A stretch of DNA of 64,000 bases from positions 22,440,782 through 22,504,781 of the forward strand of contig NC_092377.1 in NCBI RefSeq assembly GCF_030028105.1, written 5' to 3'. Positions 49,420 to 61,936 of this stretch are shown piece after piece (the stretch's first letter is position 1; the number at the start of each line of letters is the position of its first letter). The notes under the pieces are model-generated. The model saw only the letters and a program-made list of their open reading frames with translations. It made no database searches and had not been told where the DNA came from. This DNA is from Mobula birostris (Eukaryota). A program made the translations under genes and the position numbers.

Positions 49420-49832
49420 GGAATGGAAGGGTTATTATATGAGGAGTATTTGATAGCTCTGGGCCTGTACTTGCTGAAATTTAGAAGGACAAGGGATGGG
49501 GATCTCACTGAAAGGTCTAGATAGGGTGGATGTAAAGGAAGATGTTTCCTATAATGGGTAGTCTAGGACCAGAAGGCACAACCTCAGAATGAGGAATGTC
49601 CATTTAGAACAGAGATGAGGAGGATTTTCTTTAGCTCAAGGGTGGTGAATATGTGGAATTTGTTGCACAAGAGGCCCGGTCATTAAGTGTATTTAAGGCG
49701 GAGGTTGAAAGTTTCTTGATTAATCAAAGAGCAGGAGAATGGGATTGAGATGGAAAATGAATCTGCCATGATGAAATAGTGAGCACACTCACTGGGTAAA
49801 TGGCCCAGTTCTGCTCCCATCTCTTATAGTCT
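49420..49832 (+). mobile_element. CR1 LINE 3' fragment
   Basis: LLYEEYLIALGLYLLKFRRTRDGDL remnant and CR1-type 3' tail. Confidence 0.7.
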
Positions 49833-50094
49833 CATCCATATGCCATCTTAACCACATTATCTACCTGCTCCACCACCCTCAAGGATCTTTGGACCTGTAC
49901 ACCAAGCCTAATACTCCCCATTCAAGTTGCACAATCTAGTCTCATAAGTACTCCCAAAATGCATCACTTCACACTTCTCAGGATTAAACTGCACCTGTGA
50001 TTTCTCAGCTCATTTTATTAACACACTGACATCACCCTGCAGCCTACGGCTACCCACCACACTGTCCACCAACCTGTCAGCATAAACACTGATT

Positions 50095-50535
50095 TATCTA
50101 GCCTGGTAATTTCTCCCCCCCCTCCCACTCCCCTCTTTTTCAATACCCCATTCTCACTCCCCTCTTGCCCCTTCACTTCTGCTCACCTGCCCATCACTTC
50201 CCACTGGTGCCAATCCTCCTTCCCTTTCTCCCATGGTCACTCTCCACTCCTATCAGATTCCTTCTTCTTCAAATCTTTTCTTTTTCTACCTATCATTTCT
50301 AAGCTTTTCACTTCATCACACCTTCTCCTGGCTTCACCTGCCAGCAGGTACAACTTCCCCTCTCCCACGCCCACCTTCCTGTTCTGGCTTCTTCACACTT
50401 CCTTTCCGGTGCTGATGAAGGATCTCGGCCCAGAATGTCAATTGTTATTCCCCTCCATAAATGCTGTCCGACCTGCCGATTTCCTCCATCATTTTCTGAG
50501 TTGCTCTGGACTTCCAGAATTCGTAGAATCTCATG
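50095..50535 (+). mobile_element. Penelope-like 3' tail fragment with degenerate hammerhead (about 50410-50445)
   Basis: Pyrimidine-rich tract then CTGATGAAGGATCTCGGCCCAGAATGTC and PLE tail. Confidence 0.7.
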
Positions 50536-50876
50536 CTTACATTGTGAACCAATTTTAGTGTTACATGCAAACATACTGATCAAGCCTCCTGCTTCCACAT
50601 AAAAACAACTGGTTTATGCACGTGACAAACAGTAACAGCCCCGACACTGATTCTTGTGGGACACCATTAGTCAGAGATGTCCAACTACTAAAGCAACATC
50701 TTGGCATCATCCTCTGACTCCTGCTGCCAAGCCAATACTAAACCCAATTTATCAACTTGGCCTGGATCCCATGCATCCTCATCTTCTGAACCAGTATCTC
50801 ATATTTAGAGTTTTACTTTTCAAAAAAAAAGTTACCAGCTGCACATGATCACATAACAGTAAACAAGATATTTTAC

Positions 50877-50965
50877 CTTTCTCAATTCCCAGAGACCCGC
50901 ATGGTCTGCTCCACAAGAGAGGGGATTCCTGTGGAGTGGATCGTAGGTTCCTAGACTCTTTCCAC
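50877..50965 (-). CDS. CEBPZ: CEBPZ exon 5
   Basis: GGKSLGTYDPLHRNPLSCGADHAGLWELRK, phase 1-0. Confidence 0.94.
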
Positions 50966-51367
50966 CTATAACAAAGAGTAGAGTTCAATAGCGGTATTTT
51001 GCCCACTTCCATAAACTGCAAACAGATTGAAATTTGAATGGCAACCTCACAATTGGGATGCTAAACTTTATGAATAGTTAAGCTCTATCACTAAGGAAGC
51101 CTCTGCTGGATTTTGCCTAACAAAGTACAAAGAATATATTAATACAATTCAACAGAGAGGCACAATTGTACAAGTCCTGGCAGAGGACTTGAACCTGCAG
51201 TAAACTCTAATCTGATTCATACATAGCCTTTTGAATAGGGTGTCACGGGTCAGTAATGTGAATCCTGGTTGGGTGACATGTAGATAAAGATTTTATTCTT
51301 GCACCCAGTAAAGCAAAATAATGAAAAACTTACAATACTGAACATTTTGCCTATCCATATAATTTAC

Positions 51368-51581
51368 CTTCTTGATTTTTGTGGTGCAACCATGACACAG
51401 AGACAGTTGATTCAGGCTTTTTGGCTGCAGTTGTATTCTGAACAATGCTTTCTTCTACTTTGTTAGCATTGCCACATTTTTCCCCTTCATGCAATTTGTT
51501 CACCATATTCTCTTCATTAAGATCTTCAGATTTATCTTCACTGTCATCAACATCTCTAAAATCTTCCTCTTCATCAGATTC
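51368..51581 (-). CDS. CEBPZ: CEBPZ exon 4
   Basis: ESDEEEDFRDVDD...VSWLHHKNQE, phase 0-1, AAG acceptor. Confidence 0.9.
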
Positions 51582-52223
51582 CTTAGTAGAAAATATTTGG
51601 CAACTTTAAATATTATCCAAGCATTACTAGCTCACAATCTATAATTTTAGCTGTCATACATGAAATGCAATATCTGAAGAATAAAAGATTACTGTTACAA
51701 AATACCAAAGATTTTGTTTCTTTCTCTTCTACAGATGCTAATCAAGCTGCAGTTACATGTCTATCAATTTCAAAATTACTGCTGTTCCCATTGTAATGTT
51801 TGATCACAACACAGAATAGAAGCACCTCATCATTGATGAGTTATCTCAGTACGGTGTAGGAATCATAACCTTTCTTATTAGTGTATTATAGTTGCAGGTT
51901 AGCACAGATTACAAAAATTCCACATATTATAACCAAACTTAAAATATCTAAGTTTAATTTAGGAGTTGCCTGAAGTAAACTAATATTTTCCACTTCATTT
52001 GAACTCTACTTTTTTTTTCCCATTATTACATTGCAAATGAGCATTTAATATCCTTTTAGTTAAATTTCAATGTACTTAAGTATACAAAATGTTGTATAAT
52101 TTCTTTCTATGCTCATTTGACTTAATGCTGATTTCTACTAAGATAGAGAACCATGCCTTCTCTATTAATGTAGAACACTATATTAAAGAACAGAATAGAT
52201 TGGTGAAATAGTAGAAGCTATAC

Positions 52224-52455
52224 CCAATGTTCTTTTAAGAGTGCTTGAACACCTGGCTTCAGCTTCAAAATCTCAGAAATAAGGAAGAGGGCTCCACATA
52301 TAAATGCTGGCGTCTGGCCACAAGTAGCCTGCAGGATCCTTTTTATAAATGCTTTGATGCGACGAAGCACAATGTCAGACTTCAAAGATTTGTACAGCAA
52401 ATTTAGAAACATTGCTTGTTTAGAACTTTGCGCCAGTCCTGGATCCAACAGTTTC
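52224..52455 (-). CDS. CEBPZ: CEBPZ exon 3
   Basis: KLLDPGLAQSSKQAMFLNLLYKSLKSDIVLRRIKAFIKRILQ.., phase 2-0. Confidence 0.96.
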
Positions 52456-52639
52456 CTGCAAAAGATAGGAGGTTTTTAAATCATCTACAAAATTACATTA
52501 ATACTGGTTTCAAGCATATTGAATGATAGAAGAGACAAGACTATTACTAAATCTCTGTAACCAGAACTATCATCGTTGACTGTGGTAGCATACTATAGAC
52601 TAGCATCTAGACATTTAGACCATTAATTTTGAGAAGAAC

Positions 52640-52895
52640 TTGAAGGCAGTCATGGAATTTAAATTCAAGTCATTAAGTAAATCTGAAATTTAAAAAAACT
52701 ATAGTCAGTAATGATAGCTATGAATCTGTCTAAATATTGTAAAACCCTAAACGATTCACCGATATCCTTCAGTGTATGAATATTCAGTATGTCCCTCAAG
52801 AGACTTCAGGCCCACCAGGTTGTTGACTCTCAGTTCAACAGTTAGGGTTGCACAATAAATGCAGGCATTGCCAGTAACACCCACATCACCTTAAT
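52640..52895 (+). mobile_element. Old SINE resembling cartilaginous-fish SINEs
   Basis: Ends CAATAAATGCAGGCATTGCCAGTAACACCCACATC. Recognised from memory of the family tail only. Confidence 0.45.
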
Positions 52896-53311
52896 AACTG
52901 ATGTAAATCAACCTTCTTTATATTGCTCTATAGCCATCTCATCAAATTTCCATTCAAAAGAACACCTCCAGCACCCCAATTTATATTATTAAATTCTTTA
53001 AATTTCTCAATTTATTGATTTTTGTAACTTATTGTAATTTTTATATTTTATTTGATATGGCTGCTTTAGAACAACAAATTTCACAACATACAGAACGTCA
53101 ATGATAATTAATAAATATCAACTATGACAACATAGACTAGTGATTGTTTAATAACTAATATTAAATTAAATGCAGCATTAAATGATGTTGCACACAGGAA
53201 ACCAATATTAACAGATTACATAGAATACACTGGTCATTGAGCCCCAAATGTCTGTGTTGCTGTTAAGAGTCAACCAAACTCTTCCTATCTTTAGAAACCA
53301 ATACAGCTGAA

Positions 53312-53435
53312 AGCTCTCGGCCTGAAACGTCCACTGTGCTCTTTTCCATAGATGCTGCCTGGCCTGCTGTGTTCCTCCAGCATTTTGTGTGTGTTGCTTG
53401 GATTTCCAGCATCTGCAGATTTTCTTTTGTTTGTG
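53312..53435 (+). mobile_element. Mini Penelope tail fragment (starts in hammerhead loop II)
   Basis: CTCTCGGCCTGAAACGTCCACTG followed by GATGCTGCCTGGCCTGCTG tail. Confidence 0.78.
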
Positions 53436-53951
53436 ATTGGAATACATAAAATATACCACATTTATGCAATGCGTCTATAATGTCGCCTTAATGTTTTGCT
53501 TCTTGTTTTAAACCTTCCATAGATTTGAGCAACTTTCAAAATAATTATATACTCCGACATCTATCTTCTGGGGAGTGGGGGGGTGTCGAGTTAGTGTCAA
53601 ATCAGATGGATTGATTTTACAGTCATCATAAGCTGATGTTATTTGCAATAGCCTACTTCTTTCAACATCAGTATTGCTGTTCTAAATTAAGTGTAAAATG
53701 TGCCTGTGACATGAAGGCAGTGTACAGAGACACCCCCTCTTGTTTCTTCTTTTCAATCACCCTTATTTCAGCAGCTATCATATTTATTTTTCACATTCTT
53801 GTGTAACCCAAAAGGAGAACGAATGCAGGCACTTCTTCTTTAACACTCAGTTATACCCATAAGAAAACGCATCTTATAAAAAGTTGCATTTTAGCAGCAT
53901 AGGTTGTAGTTGCCTTCAAAGGACAGATTTAAACAGGTTTTCCCCATTTTG

Positions 53952-55434
53952 TAAGCACAAAATATTCTGCAGATGCTGGGGTCAAAGCAACACTCACAAC
54001 ACACTGGAGGAACTCAGCAGGTCGGGCAGCATCCGTGGAAACAATCAGTCAACGTTTCGGGCCAGAACCCTTCCTCAGGACTGAAGAGGGAAGGGGCAGA
54101 AGCCCTATAAGGGTGGGGGGGGGGGGAGGGTGGGAAGAAGAAGGCTAGTAGGTTCCAGATAAAAAAACAGTAAGGGGAAAGCTAAAGATATGTCTTCTAC
54201 AAGCCCACTGACTCTTATAACTACCTCGACTATACCTCTTCCCACCCCGCCACATGCAAAAATGGCATTCCCTATTCCCAGTTCCTCCGTCTCCGCTGCA
54301 TCTGCTCCCAGGATGAGGTTTTCCGTTCCAGGACAACTCAAATGTCCTCTTTCTTTAAGGATTGTGGTTTCCCTTCTGCTGTCATCAATGATGCCCTCAC
54401 CCGCATCTCCTCCATTTCCCACACTTCGGCTCTCACCCCATCCTCCCGCCACCACAACAGGGACAGAGTTCCCCTTGTCCTTACCTATCACCCCACCAGC
54501 CTCCGGATCTAGCACATTATCCTCCGCAACTTCCGCCACCTTCAACAGGACCCCACCACTAAGCACATCTTTCCCTCTCCACCCCTCTCTGCTTTCCGCA
54601 GGGATCGGTCCCTCCACGACTCCCTGAGCCACACGTCTCTCCCCACAGATCTCCCACCCGGTACTTATCCCTGGAAGCGCAAGTGCTACACCTGTCCCTA
54701 CACCTCCTCTCTTGCCACCATTCAGGGCCCCAAACAGTCCATCCAGGTGAGGCAACACTTCACTTGTGAGTCTGTTGGGGTCATCTATTGCATCCAGTGC
54801 TCCTGGTGCGGCCTCCTTTACATCGGTGAAACACGACGCAGATTGGGGGACCACTTCGTCGAGCACCTCCACTCCGTCCGCCACAACAGACAGGATCTCC
54901 CGGTTGCCAGCCACTTCAACTCTGCTTCCCATTCCCATTCGGGTATGTCCATACACGGCCTCCTCTACTGCCATGATGAGGCTAAACTCAGGTTGGAGGA
55001 GTAACACCTCATATACCATCTAGGTAGTCTCCAGCCCCTTGGTATGAACATAGAATTCTCCAACTTCCGGTAATTCCCTCCCCCTCTCTTCCCCTATCCC
55101 TATTTCACTCTGCCTCCTCCCGCAGCTGCCTATCACCTCCCTCATGGTTCCGCCTCCTTCTACTACCCATTGTGTTTTCCCCTATTCCTTCTTCACCTTT
55201 CCTGCCTATCCCCTCCCTGCCTCCCTTCCCCCACCCCTTTATCTTTCCCCTTACTGGTTTTTCACCTGGCACCTACCAGCCTTCTCCTTCCCACCCTCCC
55301 CCCACCTTCTTTATAGGGCCTCTGCCCCTTCCCTCTTCAGTCCCGACGAAGGGTTCCAGCCCGAAACATTGACTGATTGCTTCAACGGCTGCTGCCCGAC
55401 CTGCTGAGTTCCTCCAGTGTATTGTGGGTGCTGC
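53952..55434. mobile_element. Penelope-like insertion with inverted arms
   Basis: Minus tail about 53952-54190, plus RT thumb/GIY-YIG body and tail. TSD TTTCCCCAT[T/C]TTG at 53939-53951 and 55435-55447. Confidence 0.9.
54045..54084 (-). ncRNA. Minimal hammerhead ribozyme motif, intact core, sense to CEBPZ pre-mRNA
   Basis: Minus strand TCAGTC-CTGAGGA-A-GGG ttctgg CCC-GAAA-C-GTT-GACTGA, 6-bp stem I. Confidence 0.75.
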
Positions 55435-55494
55435 TTTCCCCATCTTGAATGTGCTACACTAATCTATAAAGCAAATAGTATTCTTTCATCCATA

Positions 55495-55905
55495 AATCCC
55501 TCCGAGAGGATCACAAATTGTTATGGTTTGGAGGCAGGCACACCTCAATGACCTGGAGAGCTACGCTGGCTGGAGTCAGGGCTTTGAGCTTTGGCCTTTG
55601 GTAGGGTCACCCATGCCAAACTGTTCAAAGGGTAGAGGCCAGACTAAGTCATCCACCGGTCCTCCCGGTTCGGGGGTTCAGCTCAGGGTAACAACCCTGA
55701 CTGGTCAAATAAAACTGTTATAAAAACAGCATTGAAGAATCCTTCTACACCTGAGTGTGACAGTGTTCCTGAGTCTCCACCTCCGGGACTTGCATGACTG
55801 ATAGAAGTGAAAACTAAGCTACTGACACAGTGAATGAAGCCCTGAACACCATGAGATGAGAAGGACCTTAATTGCTGCCCTAAACCCCAGCGGCATAACG
55901 GGCAA
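55495..55905 (+). mobile_element. RTE-type non-autonomous element
   Basis: GGTAGGGTCACCCATGCCAAAC..GGCCAGACTAAG resembles RTE/Expander 5' regions, joined to a short 3' end. Boundaries approximate. Confidence 0.5.
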
Positions 55906-56196
55906 TACAGAATCTATAAATTACTTTATAACCAACTTACATTATGGAAACATGCAATAGCATACCTACCTGTATGCAAAGACCATTCTAGATTTTTTAA
56001 ATGCTGTAAACACTATGTTGCATTAATCCTTAATTATGTGATATCTTTAAAAATCACTATTGCCACAAGGAATGTAATTGCACGTTTTTTTTTCTATGAA
56101 TCAGATTGCATTCTAGAAATTGTTATACTTTCCACGAAACGATTTGAAATTCTCAGTCACTTCACATCAAGAGTTTTTGTACCAAGTAAATCTTAC

Positions 56197-57710
56197 CGGT
56201 AAAGTGCGACATAGTATCGATTGGATATAGCTTGTTTGGAGTCCATCACCTGAAATAGCAACATGAGTGCTTGGACACTCGTTGTGAAGTTCACAAAATG
56301 AACAACCTTGAACAACGTATCCATCTGTTCCATTATCTTTTCATCATCCATTTTGGAATAAGGAAAAGCTCTATTGACACCAGTCAGCAAAGCACTTAGC
56401 ATTTTAGAGTCTATTTCTGACTTTTTAACAAAGGCATGGAAAAATGAAAAATAAATGGCTATTAATTTCCCAGCAAGGTCACTCTCCTCGTGGCTCAAGA
56501 CCATCTGGTTGAGAAAGCAAATGGCATAGTACTGAGCTTTCAAACTAATATTAGGCCTGTACAGAAGTCGCTCAATTTCACAACACACAACAGTTTTCAT
56601 GTTGGGATGCTTATGAAGCAATGTTTCTAAAAGATAGGAGGCCTTTGTCGCCATTTTATGTTGTGGATCTCCTAACTTATTTACTAACTGAATCAGCAGG
56701 GCTTTCTCTTGCTCTGGCTTATTGCAGAGGATCTCACGAATTGTACCCAAGGCCTGAGCCTTTGTTGCCTGCACATTGTCGTGAGTCAAAGCTTCTAAAG
56801 CCTGCACAAACTCTGCAAAATGGTGCTTCAAGAGATGTTCAAAGTACCACATTATTAGGCGCTTGTCCCTGGTATCTTTGTTACCACTGGCAAGCTCTTC
56901 CAGCTTTTTAAAAGGATGCTGCGAGAAAGTTTGTAATTTTCGATTGTCTGGAAGCAAGTCAGAGATTAGTAGTTCTGTTAGTGTGCTCAAAGCCATTAAG
57001 GACTGCCGCCGACTTCCCTTCTTCTTGATTTGGTTGACTAATACCTCTACAAAGTGAAGAGTGTGCACCGGAGCATCCTGAATCAGAAGTGTCATGGCTG
57101 CCATCCTGTCTGCCAATGTGCCTGTTGTGACAACTGTTTTCATCCACGTTGAACTCGCTCCTTTTTGATTTTTCTTATTTGAGTAAAGATTGGTTTCGTG
57201 CTCATAGAGCTGCTTAGCAAGATTTTTATACTGTGAGACAACGGATTCATCTTGTGGCTCAGAGGTGTACTCATTTGCATAATCCGCATCATACCACTTT
57301 CCACCTGGCTTTACCAATAAGTATTGTTTGGGGTGAAATTCAAAGATATCCTGATGTTTAGTTTTCCGTCCTGGTATTTCACATGTACTTGATTCCTGAT
57401 TATCTTTTTGCTTTCCAGTTTTGCCAGGCTGACCTTTTTTATCAGCCTTTCCATCTTGAATTTTCTCTTTCAGTTCCTTATTTTTACTTTTCTTGCCCTT
57501 TTTGTCAATTTGTACACCCTCCTTTTTTGCTTGCTTTTCATCTTTAGCACTCTCTTCATCCTCTTGCACAATTTTAGAGTATTTTTTTATGCCTATTTTC
57601 TGGACAAAGGCTTCCAATTCACCTTCTTCTAGATCATCAATTGCTGACTTTTTTCCACCATCAACCAGTTCTTCATTCTCATTTAAGTGATGCAGCATTA
57701 GATAATCGGC
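56197..57710 (-). CDS. CEBPZ: CEBPZ exon 2 (1514 nt)
   Basis: ADYLMLHHLNENEELVDGGKK...GTLADRMAAMTLLIQD...NKPEQEKALL..VNKLGDP...RYYVALYR, tAG acceptor, GTAAGA donor. Confidence 0.98.
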
Positions 57711-58114
57711 CTATAAAAGAAAATACACAATTACAGTGTATGGTATTGCTCCTTCTATGTAAAGTAGATTTCTCTGGTTTATCATGTGAATAATTTTAGC
57801 AATAACAAAGGCAATTTTGGTGTAAAGCAGAAATATTCTGATTAAATACAAGAATATAAGCAATGAATTAGAGGGTATCTTTAATGTAATAAAGAAACCA
57901 AATATGCTTCAAGGAAGCTCTTTCTACTAACTCATTGCAAAATTGGCACTGTTCACATAGCAAGGGGTTGATAAAGTAATCAAACAACTGAAAACAAGTG
58001 CGAACCCAGTAAACAAAAATCACTTAAATACTAACAGGTGGGAGAAAAATATTTCCACAGAAATTGATGATCTCACCTTCCTCAACCAGAATAGAAGGCC
58101 ATACTTCTTTGCCA

Positions 58115-60370
58115 TGGACAACAAAGATTACTGGAAAATTAGAGGATTGGGAAGCTTTTAAAAATCAACAGAAGGCAATTAAAAAAAATCATAAAGATGG
58201 AAAAGATGGAATACAAAGGTAAGCCAGCCAATAATATTAAAGGGGATGCCAAAACTTTCTTCAAATATATAATGAGTAAAAGAGACACTTGTGTTGGCGC
58301 GTGGCCAAGTGGTTAAGGTGTTCATTTAGTGATCTGGAGGTCGCTAGTTCGAGCCTTGGCCGCGGCAGTGTATGTGTCCTCGAGCAAGGCACTTAGCCAC
58401 ACATTGCTCTGCGACGACACCAGTGCCAAGCTGTATGGGTCCTAATGCCCTTCCCTTGGACAACATCGGTGGTGTGGAGAGGGGAGACTTGCAGCATAGG
58501 CAACTGCTGGTCTTCCATACAACCTTGCCCAGGCCTGCGCCCTGGAAACCTTCCAAGGTGCAAATCCATGGTCTCACGAGACTAACGGATGCCTATTTAA
58601 AAGAGAGACAAGAGTACATATTGGACCACAGACAAATGATTTTGGAGAGGTAGCAATGGTGAACAAGAAAATGACAGGCGAACGGAATCAGTACTGTGCA
58701 TCAGTATTCACTGAAGTAGACATTAGCAGTATGCTGGAGAGGCAGAAGTGAGTGTAGTTGCTATTACTAGGGAGAAGGTGCTTGGGAAGCTGTAAGGTCT
58801 GATGGTAGACAAGTCACTTGAAGCAGATGGACTACACTCCAGGATTCTGAAAGAGGAAGTTGAACAGATTGAGGAGGCATTAGTAATAACCTTTCAAGAA
58901 TCTCTAGATTCTGGCACGGTTCAAGGACTAGAAAATTGCAAGTATCACTCCACTCTTCATGAAGGGAGGAAGGCAGAAGAAAGGAAATTTTAGGCCAGTT
59001 AGCCTGAACTCAGTGGTTGGGAAGATGTTGGAGTTGATTGTTAAGGAGAAAAGTTTTGGGGTACTTGGAGGCACATGATAACACAAGCCAAAGTCAGCAT
59101 GGTTTCCTTCAGGAAAAATCTTGCTTGACAAATCTGTGAGAACTCTTTGAGGAGATAACAAGCAGAACAGAAAGGAAAATCGGAGGATGTTGTGTACTTG
59201 GATTTTCAGAAGGCCTTTGACAACGTGCCACACATGAGGCTGCTTTGCGACATAAAAGCCCATGGTATTATAGGTAAGACACTAACATGGATAGAGCATT
59301 GGCTGACTGGTAGATGGCACAGAGTGGGAATAAAGGGAGCCTTTCTGACTGGCTGCAGGTGACTAGTGGTGACCTTCAGGGGTCAGTGCTGGGATTGCTT
59401 CTTCTTACACTGCACATCAATGATTTTGATGACAGAATTGATGTTTTTTATGGCCAAGTTTGTGAATGACACGAAGATAGGTGGAGGCAGTTAGTATTGA
59501 GGAAGTAAGGAGGCAGCAGATGGACTAAGACGGATTAGGAAATTACTGGCAGATAGAATACAGTGTCGAGAAGTGTACGGCCATGCACTTTGGTAGAAGG
59601 AACAAAAGCGTAGACAATTTTCTAAATGGGGAGAAAACTAAAAAATCTGAGGAGCAAAGGAACTTGGAAATCCTCGTGCAGGGATTCCTAAAGGTTAATT
59701 TGCAAGTTGAGTCTGTGGTGAGGAAGGCAAATGCAATGTTAGCATTCATTTAAAGAGGATTAGAATATAAAAACAATGATGTAATGCTGAGGCTTCATAA
59801 AACACTGATGAGGCCTCACTTGGAGTACTGAGAGCAGCTTTGGGCCCCTTATCTAAGAAAGGATGTGCTGTCATTGGAGAGGGTTCAAAGGAGGTTCACA
59901 AAAAAAGATTCTGGGAGTGAAAGGCTTATCATATGAGGAGTGTTTGATGGCTCTGGGTCTGTACTCTCTGGAATTTTAAGGAAAGGGATGGGGTGTGGAT
60001 CTCACTGAAACCTATCAAATATTGAAAGGCCTAGATAGAATGGATTTAGAGAGGATGCTTCCTATGGTTTGGGAGTCCAGGATCAGAGGATACAACTTCA
60101 GAATACAGGGACATCCATTTATAATGGAGATGAGAAAGAATTTCTTTAGCCCAAGGGTGGTGAATCTGTGGAATTCATTGCCACAGGTGACCATGGAGGC
60201 CAGGTCATTAGGTGTACTCAAGGTGGAGGTTGATAGATAAGTCAAGGTGTGAAAGATTTTGGCAAGAATGCAGGATAATGTGGTTGAGAGGGCAATAGAT
60301 CAGTCAAGATCAAAGGTGGAGCAGTTCGATAGACCGAATGGCCTAATTCTGCTCCTATGTCTTATGGTCC
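58115..60370 (+). mobile_element. Degenerate CR1 LINE ORF2 portion
   Basis: DGLHSRILKE, VVYLDFQKAFDNVPH and KNFFSPRVVNLWNSLPQ remnants. Confidence 0.85.
58293..58596 (+). mobile_element. tRNA-derived SINE nested in CR1
   Basis: TGGCGCGTGGCCAAGTGGTTAAGG (A box)...AGTTCGAGCC (B box), flanked by AAAAGAGA repeats. Confidence 0.87.
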
Positions 60371-60384
60371 ATATTAGGGATTTT

Positions 60385-60538
60385 CAGTGTGATCTCTTTA
60401 GGAACTCACCCGGCAGAAGGCAATGGCAAACCACTGCTGTAACTTGCCTCGTACGCGGTTCCCACTACGTCAGAGAGGCGTGGAGGGAAATCGTCCGCTA
60501 ACCGGAGAAACTCCAGATGCAACGTACCTTTCCTTTCC
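60385..60538 (+). mobile_element. Short SINE-like fragment with RTE-type motif and (CTTTC) tail
   Basis: CAGAAGGCAATGGCAAACCACTG, CpG-rich, ends ACCTTTCCTTTC. Confidence 0.5.
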
Positions 60539-61786
60539 ATAATCAATACTTGAGAGAAAGCATTAGGAATTATTAGACAAGAAGAGAGTTAGATTTTAAG
60601 GAGTGTCTTACAGCAAAGATTCCTAGAAAGGAAATTTCCAAGTTTGGGATCCAAATCCAGATACACAGACAGTACAATGGCAAAGTAGTACCTACAAATT
60701 TCTTTGTTGGGTAATAATGACACTATTTCAAATAAAAGCAGAGGAGCTATTCTCAGTATTCGGGACAATATTTATCTCTTAAGCATCAAAATAGATGATC
60801 ACAATGTACTTGTTTATTCGTGAGTACACAAATCAATTATTACCTTAACCCTAACTAACCAACAAACTCACATCAACTGTTTTAAAGAGTTCCAGCATAA
60901 TTGGAGTTCATGAAAAGTAACATGTGAATCAAGGTCTGAAATTCTTTAAAATGAATCTCCAATTAAACCAAAAGTCATTCAGCAATGGGCCTCAACTACA
61001 TATGGATCTGGAACCCACTGTATGAGAGTCCAGAAGATCACAGGAAGAGACTCCACCTACCTACCCACATCTCGAGCACTTGAATTTTTCTAAAGCAAAT
61101 CTCAAAGTTTAGTGCCAAATAGGTAATTCACCCCTAAGAGTCTCCTCCCATGAAGACCATATATGATTGAACTTTTGACTCTAGATTTTTGTCTGATCCA
61201 AACAACTCCTGGTTCCCATATCATCCAAATGTCTCTCAGATTTCACAGAGTTCTACAGAATTGAAACGGGTAGGCTGCCACCATACTATCCATACTAATC
61301 CCATTTACCTGTATTAATTCCATATCCTACGATGTCTTGTTCATTAAAGTACCTGTGCAGATCCTAAAATATACCTAGTCAATCGCTGAGCATTTATCCC
61401 CTCTCTTTCGAATTTAAAACCTCCATAACCTCGTCTTTTGTAATTTTGATATGCTCCAGGATACCTCTGTTCCCTCCCCTAAATCCATTAGCCTGCATGT
61501 CTTTTTCCACAGTAAGCACAGGCGATAGACGCACATATGGTTGGGTATTAACCAGCAGCTTACAACGTAGGTCTACCTTGCCACACTTTGCTAGGCAGGT
61601 GATACTTGGCTGAACTCCGCACTTAACAAGTGTCCACTCTTTCCCTCACTCCGCCACGAACACGGGCGATTAGCCGGACCCCAACAGCACAGAGCCCACG
61701 TGTAGACAGGGACGCCGCCATGCCCGGTGCCCGGCCGCTATCCATCACCTCCGAAAGAACCTGACAGCCCTTCCTCGATCTCATAC

Positions 61787-61936
61787 CTTGGTCCCTCCGA
61801 GCCGCAACACCTCATCCAGCGTGAACTCATTGTTTGCGCTTTCCTCTTCCTCCTCTCCATCGTCCTCACACTCCGGATCGATTGCTTCGGCATCGATATC
61901 CCCTCCGAGCTCTAACTCCTCCGGGGCCGCCGCCAT
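61787..61936 (-). CDS. CEBPZ: CEBPZ exon 1 (start)
   Basis: MAAAPEELELGG...EFTLDEVLRLGGTK, Kozak GACATGGCG, donor AAG|GTATGA. Confidence 0.95.

Larger units (their letters stand above)
22081..61936 (-). other. CEBPZ: CEBPZ gene span: CCAAT/enhancer-binding protein zeta (Mak21/Noc1 family), 16 coding exons, 1068 aa
   Basis: All 16 exons join in phase to 3207 nt with GT-AG introns. Adjacent to CEBPZOS and NDUFAF7, as in mammals. Confidence 0.97.

Noticed and set aside
51582-52223. Non-canonical or U12 introns in CEBPZ
   Set aside because: All introns are GT-AG with no GTATCCT donors. AAG acceptors and weak donors are within the normal U2 range.
54105-55019. 304-aa minus-strand ORF as a novel gene
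   Set aside because: Antisense shadow of the C-rich Penelope RT/GIY-YIG region. Similar shadows occur at the other copies.
24093-55375. Selective inactivation of sense-strand hammerheads in CEBPZ
   Set aside because: 40077 and 24093 are damaged, but sense copy 54045 is intact while its antisense twin 55338 is damaged. The changes look like neutral decay and the sample is too small.
58293-58365. tRNA gene (also 42707-42780 and 32155-32229)
   Set aside because: A/B boxes are present but continue into repeated SINE bodies with tails and TSDs. No convincing acceptor stem.
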